This document shows positions 13,387 through 25,300 of a stretch of 64,000 bases of DNA, piece by piece. How positions within the stretch are numbered: the stretch's first letter is position 1; each line of letters opens with the position of its first letter. The DNA is taken from NCBI GenBank assembly GCA_036785375.1, contig JAWMAR010000023.1, positions 7,316,001 to 7,380,000 on the forward strand, written 5' to 3'. The notes beneath the pieces are model-generated. The model did no database searches and was not told the DNA's origin. It worked only from the letters and a program-made list of their open reading frames with translations. A program made the translations under genes and the position numbers. Origin of the DNA: Leucoraja ocellata. Its lineage: Eukaryota.

Positions 13387-16300
13387 GTGTGGGGTATGAG
13401 AGCTCTGGATGAGTCATACCTGCGGAGTAATGTTTGCTGGGAGTGCATGACAGCCTCTCTTTGCTTCAGACACAATGTTGCCATCTGATGAAATGCAGCC
13501 TGCACTACCCGGTGCCGTGATGCAGACATCACCTTCCTCTGCCTCACACCCTCGTCCTTTCGTTCTGGAGAAGCAAGGGATTGATTGCTGCTCATTTATC
13601 AGCACTGATTAAAATGAACAAGACTACAATATGCCCACACCCCCAGATACTATTCCCTGGACGTGCTTGATGTAGAAGTGTTGGAGTTACAGTGATCCAC
13701 ATGGATGATATTTAGTGAGGAGGCAAAATTTGGATGACTAGTCTGCTAGCATACTCAAGTAGTAGTCTCGTCCCGGTCACTCTCCCTTCCCTCCTCACCC
13801 GTCAGCTTTTCAATGTACTTCGGTACACGTGACAATAATAAACTAAAATAAACTAAAACACAAAGTGCTGGAGGAACTCAGTAGGTAAGGCAGCATCTGT
13901 GGAGGGAATGGACAGACAACATTTGGGGTCGGTGCCCTTTCTTCAGACTGAGTGAGCCAGGAGAGTTGCTGATAGAAACATTTTCTGCATTGTTAAATTT
14001 CACTCTAATTTCAGTGCAATTCTCTGTGGTGATATCTCTGTGGCCATCATCTCAACTTTAATGACAGTTTATTACATTTCTGGCCAGTTTTCTATAAAAG
14101 AAAGACAAGCAACTCATGCAATGTGATCTTAAGAAGAATTTCTCACCTTTCACCAATCTGGCCCAGGCATGGAGCAGGTGCCTCAAGTGCCTCTCTCCAA
14201 TGTTACCAGCAAATTGCTGGGACAGCTGGGATAATCTGACAGCCTCCTTCCAACTATTGAACAACTGCAAACAAAACCACTCAGAAAGGGTTAAATCATG
14301 GTGCAGTCACAAGAGAACATAGTAGTATTAGGACTATCAAAAACTAATTTAACTGTCTGCCATGAGGCTACATACACATTGTGAACCTCAGGGAATCCCT
14401 TGTGGATAATTTTAGATGGGTAATATTAAATGTAACTCATCTCAAACTTGGTCGTGAGATACATCACAACACAAAATGACCTTGTTTTCATCTAAAACTC
14501 CTCCAAAGACAGCAGATCCTGAATGACAAATACTGTTGGAAAATAAGTGTGGAAATGTGGTAAGAGATTGGCTTGGCTGGACCCCAAGGATACGCCTTCC
14601 TGGCATCCAGTTCTTTAATGGCACATAGGAAATGTATGCACAGTGAGGCACCAGAGGCCCTGCTGCTTGTGAATAGGAACCAGCAAGAGTTAATACCTTC
14701 ATCAGCGTGGTAACAATTATAGTCTACAACCTGTGGGTTGTTGTACTGACTCAGCATTGATGAATAGATTAAGGACCTTGTTAATGCACATGGACAAATC
14801 AGAATTAACAAGCTCGGGCTCCAAAAGCACCAGCTGATACGTGGAAGTGGTCTACGAGGGAGTTCTACTCGAGCTCACACAGAGTAACAGAGAAAATAGG
14901 TGCAGGAGTAGTCCCTTCAAGTGAGCACTGCCATTCAAAATGACCATGGCTGATCATCCAGAATCTGTACCCCATTCCTGCTTTCTCCCCATATCCCTTG
15001 ATTCTGTTAGCCCTCTAAGCTATATCCAACTCTCTCTTGAATACTGCCAAATGAGATGAGTTTTCTCACCCTAGATGTTTTACTGGTGAATCCTGCACCA
15101 ATAACACCACAGATGATTAGGGATAACAGGGAGTTGTGTGTGGGAAATGGTGTCTCATTAATTTGACAGTTTGTTGAAGAGATCACCAAGGGGATTGAGG
15201 AGGACCTTGTCTACGTGGACTTTAGCTTGGCCTTTGACAAGGTAGGCTAGAACAGAAGGTTAGATAACATGAGATCCAGGGTGAGCTAGCTAACTGGATT
15301 CAAAGCTGGTTATGTGGAAGGAGTCAGGGGGTAATAGTTTTTCCAATTGGAGGCCTGTGACCAGTGGTGTGCCGCAGGGTTCTGTGCTGGGCCCACTGAT
15401 GTTTACCATCAATATAAATGATCTGGTGACAAGAGAGTTCATATTGTTCATGAATCTGCAGATGACACCACATTTGGTGGTATAGTGGACAGTAAGAAGG
15501 TTATTTCAGTTTGCTGAATTAACCAGGGAAGTGAGTCAAGGAATGGTAGATGGAACTTAACTTGGGACAAGGGTGAAATGTTGCATTTTGATAAGTCAAA
15601 ACAGGACAGGACTTACACAGGAAATAACGTGGTAGAGCAGAGTATAATTACAGCATAATTTTCCAAAGGTAATGACACAGATAGAAAGGGTGGTGAAGAA
15701 GACATTTGGCATGTTTGCTTTCATTTAAGGATATGAAGTACAGGAGCAAAAAATAAAGTGTAGGAGGAACTGAGTGGGTCAGGCAACATCTATGGAGGGA
15801 ATGGATAAGCGATGTTTCGGGTCGGGACCGTTCTCTAGACAGAAGTCTGAAAAAGGATCCCGACTCCAAACATCGCCTGTCAGTCTGAAGAAGGTCCTGA
15901 CCCGAAATCTTGTCTGTCCTGTGTACCCGAGGCTGTGTATCACTCAACACAGTTTCAGACATTACACTTTGAATGGCAATGAATAATGCTGCCATCTCAT
16001 GGCCCCTGCTAATTTTGTTTTGTAAGTTCTGCCCTCTTGTGGCCTCTGGATAATGCTAACTTGTATCTGTCTAACCAGCAGTCAGAGAACACAGAACAGC
16101 ATAGGAACAGGCCCTTTGACCACAATGTCCATGCCAAATAAGGTCAGCCTGGCCAAGATTCACCAGGAAGCAATTATGGTGTGATTATGTGTTTTAATCA
16201 GTCAACAATTTGTTTGAACAATCACTCAAAGGAGCATAGACACAAAATGCTGGAGTAACTCAGAGGGTCAGGCAGCATCTCTGGAGAAAAAGAATGGTGA

Positions 16301-19300
16301 AGTTTTGGTCGGAACCCTTCTTCCGCTAAGTTACTCCAGCATGTTGTGTCCATAATTAGTGTAAACCAGCATCTGCAGTTCCTTCCTGCACAGTAAGAGG
16401 AGCGTGCCCTGCATGTGGATGGAAAGAATTGGAAAGAAAGGGAGCATGCTCTGGTGTAATTGTCCAGGCACTGCAGTGGAGAAAAAAGAATCAGAATGGT
16501 TTGTCTCAAATCTGAGTGCTGAAACGTTAGGAAGGGGAATTGGGTTTGGAAGAAATCTGGCGTTAATAATTCACTGAGGCAATCCTCGGAAAATTAAAAG
16601 AACACCCAAACGTAAAGTAACCAAGGCAAGAGGCAAAAGTAAATACAAAAGTAAATAAAAACAAGAGGCAAAAATAAAACCAAATAAAAACTATTTCAAA
16701 TGAAACTGAAATATCTAGTTTTAGCACACAAGGTAATGGGGAAATCAAATGGTTTGAGAGAGCCATGGGTGCAAAGTTTTGTTTACTTGAAGGAAATATT
16801 GTTTGAGCAGAGATAGGATTGGGATGGAGCTGGAAACGGGGATTAGAGACAAAGCTGTTCAGGAAAAATCTAATTTCACCTACTATTTGAGTGAGGACAG
16901 TATCTCGATGTCTCAGAGCTTGGTGTAGTATTGCCCTCTGTCTCCAGCACTGGATGACTCTCTGTGCTGTTCTAAGTTTCCTGTGATTCTCTGAGGAACA
17001 CTGCAGCACCAAGTGATATCTCCATTTACTGAAAGACTCCAGCAGGACCCGCAGGTTCTGTGTGGTTTGAAATGCCCACGATTTCTGCCACATCTTCTTT
17101 TTCTGAAGTGTGGCGGAGTGCCAAACCCGTATATACCTGTGCCAAGGAAACAATGAATCAGTAACAGTTCACGGGGATAGAGGAATTAAGAACAAAATCA
17201 GAAACGGATCTTTCAGCCCATTGAATTAAATGCTGCCAGATTCCAGACAGCAACCTTTGCATCCTTTAATATATCAATCTTTCAATCTTGAATTATCAAT
17301 TGATCTTGCACCTAATGCCATCTGTGAAAGTTTCAAGTGTTTATGTAGAAATATTTCTTATCTTCACTCATGACATGCCTGACTCCAATGAGTTGTTTTT
17401 GTGCCTTTGTCCCAAATTCTCCACGAGCAAAAAGTTTATTTTTCTCCAACCATCAGTTTTTAATTAATATTTCAAAATCTTCAATTAAGACTTGGTCTTT
17501 TAAATTTCAGGATATATAACATTTGTTTGCGTAATGCAGGCGAGCTAATTGAATGGAACGCAAAGAATCACTAACTCACACAAATGACACTAACTCACAG
17601 TAATAACTATGTCAGACCTGCTCTGCACCAGCTTGTCTGCCATTATCTTCACATTTCCCTGTCTCGCTGCTTTCTGCGTCCAGGTGCGTAGAATCAAACG
17701 CTTTACTCTCAGTGCGTGGATGGAAAGGAAACGAGCCTGGAGACCTTGGACCTGCTTTCTTTCTGGAAGAGGCAGCACAATTTGCAGAATAGGAATCACA
17801 AGAGGAACTGGCAATTAGTTTTACTGAACAGATTGCACACATCACTAGCACAATAGAAATATAAGCAAGAACTTGTCCCAGAAATTAAGGGTGGAATATA
17901 CTGATGCAGCACAGCTCACCAAGAACCACTTTGGTTATGGGTCCACTGCTTGGACTTACTGGATGTGTAAACAACACCTAACATGCTTGTGGTGCAGAAT
18001 ATTGTGTAGTTATATCCAAATGATCACTCTACTTTCACACTACCGCTAGTAATTAATTTATTCAGGCAAAGCCAGAGGTGGAAACAAGTCCATCTGGGCA
18101 ATACTGGTCTCCTTGCCCAACATCAGTTGATAGAAAATGTTCTTATTCTGCTGGAGATCTTAATGCATCAACTGCCCTGATGTATATAACTGTTCTGTCT
18201 CATGGGCAGCACATTGGTGCAGCTGGTAGAGCTGCTTCCTCACAGGGCCAGAGACCCAGGTTCAATCCCGAACTTGGCGTGGAGTTTGCTTGTTCTTCTT
18301 GTGACTGCATGGATTTCCTCCAGTTTCCTCTCACATCCCAAAGACGTATGGGTTTGTAGGTTCATTGTAAATTGCCCTAGTGTGTAAGGAGTGGATGCAA
18401 AAGTGGGATAACATAGAACTAGTGTGAACGGGAAATTGATGGTCAAGGGGCTTGTTTCCATGCTGCATCTTTCAATCAATTAAAACTTCCTGCGCTGTCA
18501 CTCACTCTCTGTATACTTGTGCCAACAGGACATTGCCTTTTGGATTTTCTGGTGCAACATCTTTCTGCACCTTCTGTCAGTTTCCTGTTTTTGTAATAAA
18601 CGTATTTTCCAAAGAGTCAGCACGACTTGACACTGTTGGCCAAAAGAAAACTCAGCAACCAATTCCCGATATGTCTTGCGGGTCTGCCTCCATCTGCTCC
18701 AACTCTGAAATACTCTGCAGGAGAAAAGTAACACATAAATTATTGATTGTTTGAAAGATAGAGCTTGGAAAAAAAGATCTTTGGCCCACGAAGTCTACGC
18801 CAAGCATCCATCACCCATTCACGCCATTTTTCTTATCCCACTTTCACATCCACTGCGTTACAGAACACAAACTACATCTGCTGCGCCATTAACTTATTCT
18901 AGACATGGCAAAAGTAAGACACCGTGATGAGCCTTATTTCCTCTGGTTGCCAAATAGGAAAGAAGAGACACAAAAAGGGAGATGAGGCAAATTTGGTGTT
19001 GTTGTCTAGTGGCCCTCACTACTGTTGTGGCATGATTACATTTATAGAGAAAACATAAAAAAACTGCAGATGCTGGAATTTGGAGCAGAAAACAAACTGC
19101 TTGAGGAACTCAGCAGGTCAGGCAGTATCTGTATTTTGGGTCTAGACCTATCCTCAGGACTGAAAGAGTGGAGAGGAGGTAGCAAGTTTAAGGTGCTGAA
19201 TGGGTTGGATGAGGAATATGGGAGGTGGATTGGGCAGATGTGAACCGGGGGGACGAGATGATGGGATGAGTGGGTGGGAAAGAAACTGGTTGAGGGGGGC

Positions 19301-22300
19301 AAATGTTGTGGGACAGAAGGGTAAATGTGGATGTATCTGGGTGGAGAGATGGACTGGAGGAGGAACAGATTACCTAAAATTAGAGAATTGATTGATCAGA
19401 TGTTCATGCCACAAGACTGAAATCTGAGGTGTTGTGCTCTAGTTTGCATTGTAGACTAACGAGTGGTTAAATGTAACACTCTTGTGAATGAATAGCCTAT
19501 CTAGGCATGCATACGTCAGAGGCAGACACTGCTTGCAACCCAGTGAGAGCTAGCACCTCCAGAGGAGGGCTGAATCCATGTGAAGAGGGAATTTCAATCT
19601 CCCTGACTGTTGAAAGCTTCTGGAGAGAGGGGGGAAGAAAAATACAATGACAATAAAAAACAATGAAGCAGCTGGCAGACAGTGGAATAACAGGACCAAC
19701 ACAGACGTACCCTGTCAGCAGGGACTGTCGGCGAAACCGATCCACCTGGCACACCTGCCACAACCGCGCAGCCCAGAGCATCAGATGCTCTTTAACCAGA
19801 CGCTCCTCCAGTTTACACTGAAGCCACTTTCCTGCTTTATCCAAGTCAGTTCTGTTTGCTGGTCTTGCATCACTTTGAAAAATGCTCTACAAATGAATGC
19901 CACAAATAATCGGTTTGAACTTCATCACATTCAAATTTACTTCTTATTTTAGAGCTCTCTGGCTGGATATAAACCCAAACTATTAGATTAGATTAGACTT
20001 TATTAAATTTTATATAAAAGAAAAATAGAGCACAGTTAGAAAGGATAATATTTTTAAACAGGTAAATTAAGGTAAAAGCCTGAGCTGCATGGAGGTGGTG
20101 GTAAGTTTTATACATAGGAAGCTTGGAGGTCCAGGTGTTGCTTGGCCAATCTGTCAGGGTCTCATGCATGTATTCTCCATCTACCTGTTCAGGTGTGCTG
20201 CAGTCAGACTCCTCCGTACCCTGTGGAATTGTGCTGTTCTGCAGAGGCAGGTACTTGCTAAATCCTTGCAGACACGGACCCTCAGGCCAGAGTTTCAGAA
20301 TACCCTGTAATCGGTTCCAAGTTGGGATCCTGTAAAAATCACCACATTAAAAAAAAAAAAATCATTAATTCAGTGCCAAAATATGATCATAACCTTCAGA
20401 TAACCATCACACTGTTTGTCTGAATTCCAATACCTTCTCCGATAATGTTCCAGAATGTATCTGTTTTCTGTCAGCAAAGATTAAGGTAACCCAAAGTAAT
20501 CTTAACCATGTTACCCACAGCACACCACTTACTCCAGTGCTCAGATCGTACTTAGCCAGCTGAAGTCTGTGAAGCTCCTCTCTCCAGTCCTGAAATCGTG
20601 GCTGATGTGTCTGCTCAGAGCAAACAATTGCTGGTGAATGTAGTTCTCGATGAGTTGCCTGGACACTGACCAGTTGAACTGAGGTTGCATATTCTGCCTT
20701 TTGGTTGCAGTCGTTATCTTTCTCATTACTCTGACAACTAAGAACTAAGCAGGGAAATAAACAAACACCAGGTCAATTGAAAGAATGAAGGCACTGATTT
20801 TCCATTTGTGTAAGATCACTTCTTTCCTCGTGAGAGGGGGGAGATTAGGAGAGGAATGGCAAAAGCTGGAACAAGTGGTATGGGGAGTGATAGGGAGCAA
20901 AAAGGAGAACCACTCTCTGAATTCCACTGTAAGATATCAGGTTTCTGCCCCAGTGCAGTGGACAATCTATCAAAAAGCTTCAGGGTACTCAACTAAATTA
21001 TTAAAATTACTTCTTTAAAAATAAAGGCTCGGATGAACTACTGCAGTACCTGGCAAAAAGCAGCAGAGGGTACCAGTCAGCCAGACATGTTGAAAAGACA
21101 GGTTCAAAATGCTGGAGTAACTCAGCAGGATAGGTGGCACCTCAGTTGAGAAGGAATGGATGACTTTTCGGGTCAAGAACATTCTTCAGACTGTCTTGTC
21201 TGAAGAAGGGTCTTGACCCAAAACATCACCCATTCCTTCTCTCCAGAAATACTGTCTGACCCACTGAGTTACTATAGCATTTTGTGTCTATCTTCGGTGT
21301 AAACCAGCAGCTGCAGTGCCTTCCTACATATGTTGAAAAGACAGTTGGACTCAGCAACTTCTATTTGATTTCCAATCATCCATCAGATTCTCTGCGTGTC
21401 CAGCAAGACCACAGACCCTGAGACAGATGTGGCTGAATTTGTTTGTTGGCATCATATAATTTTGATAAAGACAAACTAAGAGTATAACATACAGGTTCAA
21501 TCCATTCTTAATACACTATTTATTTATCCATTGAATTATATAAGATTTACACCACAACAGCAGGCAATTAAACCCAAGGTTTATTTTGTGTTTCACTCTT
21601 TCTCCAAACTCCATCAATTTCCATCTCTCTCATGTACTCAACAGACATTCCCTTAAATTCCTTTCCTCCCAGCTGCACCACACTGATGTTCCACATCTCA
21701 ATCTTTCACCAGATATAGTAGTTTCCCTTGAATTCCTTAATTATTGGTGAAAAATTTATACCACCCCTACTTTAGCATCCTCCAACAAAGTGGACCATCA
21801 TTTGTATATTCTCCTCATGAAGCCATTTCATAATCTAAAATAGACACTAAAAGTTGGAGTAAGTCAGCGGAACAGGCAGCATCACTGGAGAGAAGGAATG
21901 GGTGATGTTTTGGGTCAGACAGAAGAAGGGTCTCGACCCGAAACATCACCCATTCCTTCTCTCCAGAGATGCTGCCTAACCTGCTGAGTTACTCCAGCTT
22001 TTTGTGTTTATCTTCGGTACAAACCAGCATCTGCAGTTCCTTCTTACACATAATCTAAAATGATGGCTACCAAGTCATCTGCAAAAAAGAGCTTGGGCCA
22101 TTTCAATCTTTCCTTTATATATAATGGAAATGTTCAGTAAATGTATAGTTTATAAAGATGAAAAGAAAAACCTGCCCAATACATACCAGTTAACCATTAT
22201 CACTAAAACAAATTACCTGGTCATTGAACCAGTGAAAGAAACTGGCCCTTTGGCCCACCGAGTCCACGCTGACCATTGATCAACTTAAGACACACATGTA

Positions 22301-25300
22301 TTTCTGACTGTTGTATGAAATTTGGCTGCCATGTATCCTATATATGGCTACATTTACAAAATAGCAAAATGGCTGTCAAGTGCTTTGAAGGAATACACTT
22401 TTTTGAAACTTTTCTCTTAAGCTCTAACTGAAATTGACTGAGCAAGTCAATATATTTGATACATCAAAAGAGTATAACATTCTCATGCTCAAACCTGCAG
22501 TTTGTTGCTGTGTCTGTACATGACACCATTGGAATAGATGCAGCAAAGCCATTTTCTTTCCCCATTTTACATTCAATAATGTGTGCCAATGCAGGAGGCA
22601 ACTCTCCACATTGCCAGAATGAATCCTGACACGTTGGAAGATAATATTGTGTGCAAGAAACCATGTCTGTGCCTCAAAACAATCACTAGGAAAAGAAACG
22701 CATAAAACATAGGTCAGAGCTGTGGAAATATACAAATAGCAATTTCATTAGTAAATGATGATGAAAAATGATTTAGCTCTTTGGTGCTGCAGGGTATTGC
22801 ATGATCAGGTAATTATTGTAAACATTGACAGCCTTGCTTCAAACTGTGCATCACAATTCATAGCAAGGGCCAATCACTCACAGCAAGAGGAACCACTAAA
22901 TGCCGATGGCTACTTCTACAGGACTTCGCAAGCTCTCAGTTAAGCATTTTTGTTGCAAGGGACAATGTTCAAAGAAGGTACACAAAAATGCTGGAGAAAC
23001 TAAGCGGGTGCAGCAGCATCTATGGAGCAAAGGAAATAGGCAACGTTTCGGGCTGAAACCCTTCTTCAGACAATGTTCAAAGAAGGTTTGGAATCTTTTT
23101 CTTTATAGTCAACCCTCCCACATTCCTGGGAGCACTGAGTTTGATTCCTTCTGTGATGGTTCCCTTCTGACAGTTCCCTCAATGCCCTTCTTCAGGTGAG
23201 CCTGGACTGAGCATTGAAATACCAACCTTGCCTACGTTTGTCCTAAATGAGAGTCACACGAGTGGACCTTCCATAGGCAATGAACCAGAGCAGCTGCGGC
23301 CAGTTGTAGAATTCCTTATGTCAACCAGCTTTGATGGGTTTGTCTGTGCTGAACGGTGTTGAAATGGTAAGTAAAGACAAGCTGTTTCCACAGGCAGATT
23401 TGTAATGACTACATACGATTCAGAGACCACAAAGGTTATAACTACAAAAGGAGTAGCCTTGATCTGGGATGTTGTGTCAGCAAAGGAGGTGGAAACAGAA
23501 TCAATAACTATCCCATGGGATTTGGTTAAATATTTGATAGGTACTGTGTGGAAAAAGAGGAGCAAAGTGGAGAGGAAAATATGCAAGGAATAAAACTAGG
23601 ACTTATGTGAATACAATAAATAATTATTGTGTTATACCTCACTGCATTGATGTATAAAAATAAATGGGGATCATCTCATCTTGTTCCGCTCTCCCTTTCT
23701 AAGTTCGAACATTTGGAGTTGCAGCTGTCCACAGCAGTCTCCAATGAGCAGTGGAAAATTACTTGTGGTTTCTTGCTGTGAAGATGCCACGCATTACCTT
23801 TGCACACAGCTGTCTCTTCCCCACCACAAGGCATAACTTTCTTTGACATGCTGTTAGTTTCCAGTTGAAGCTATCCATCAGTGGCAGGGATGAGGAAAAA
23901 CTGCACTCTCAAAACGAAACAACTCTTTAAAACTTCATCACGTATCATTCCGCATAAAGGATACTAATCTCACCTGCTTGTGCCCTCCTGTCTCACTTGC
24001 CATGGATATTCAGTGACAGCTCTCTCAGTCTCAAGGTGGAAAGTGCATAATGCCTTTCTGGAAAAAGGAGAATATTGAAGAATTATAACGTCAAACTGAC
24101 ATCCCGGAAATCACTGACTCTTCAAAACTAGCAGGTTATGAATCTGTGCCAATTTATAAATATTCATAATTTTAACATCCCAGTATGTGGCAGCTACCAC
24201 ATTTGTGGTCATCTGTGGTTTTAGTGGGTCACCTGAGTACATGTTGGATGACGACACAAGAGACTATGAATCTTGAGCAAAACACAAAGTGCTGGAGGAA
24301 CCCAGCGGGTCAGGCTGCATCTGGGGAGAGAATGGACAAGTGACTTTTCGGGTCGGGTCCTTTCTTCAGACTATATCCTGGGTTCTACCTCTGATTTACT
24401 CTGGAAAAGGACAGTTCGGTCAATTAAATTCAAGTACCGGTGTTGGATTTTGGAGGATCAGAGGGGCCTCAGCTGACGAGTTCCAAGGCAGAGGTTAATG
24501 TCTTTGTCTCGCGGGGGTAGGATGGACCTCAGGAAATGGTGGGTTGGTGGCGGATGGGGGTTGGGGTCAGGAGGATGAAAGACAAATTAGGAAAATACAG
24601 TGATCCTTATCCAACCTTGCTCTGTGAAAAGCAACTTATCACTGGAATGGCTTACAACTGTCGCTGGTCAAATTCATCAGCAAAAGCCTGAAAGGGAACA
24701 ATATTATCCCTTGTAAAAATTGCATTGAGTGCACAAGGATAACTTATGTCAGAAAAGATCTTTTCAACATTTTTTTAAAGATCCAAAACATCCTGGGACA
24801 TGGTACTTGTTATTGCATTTCATTCCAGAAAAAAAATCAATTGCTGAACACTCATAAAAAAAAAGCAACAAAATGTGATTGAATTTCTCGGCAAAGAACT
24901 CAGATCCCTGTCGGGGGTCCCACTTTAAAGCAGTTTATCTTCAGCTCAGAATTGATTACTGCCACAGTTACTCTAAGTGAGAGAGAAGGCCGATCCTCTA
25001 TCAAGCTGCACCAGCTGGCTCTACGCTATATACATAATTCATTTCCTCTGGCTATATTCACACTTCAGCTTCAAACCTACATCATCTCTTTACACTATAT
25101 ATATGTATTTTTAACTTGAAAATCTTGCAGTTTGATGATTTCACACCAGCTGCAAAGGTCAAATGCAAAATACATCCCAGGTGAGAATAGAGAATATCAC
25201 AATATCCCTATGGGTGCGTGGTCTGTCTGATGTGGGACTGAGCTCCACAGCAAGCAGGTACCAGGTTTGGTTCCAAACTCTGCCGCAATAGCATCTCTAA

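Noticed and set aside
16563-16883. Hydrophobic C-terminal part of the 196-aa ORF, resembling a membrane protein
   Set aside because: T-rich intron read-through past the donor at 16884.
23798-23870. Possible extra exon ([24 protein letters not shown])
   Set aside because: Phase 2->0 is incompatible with the next exon (phase 2 start) and the acceptor is weak; cannot be excluded without RNA data.
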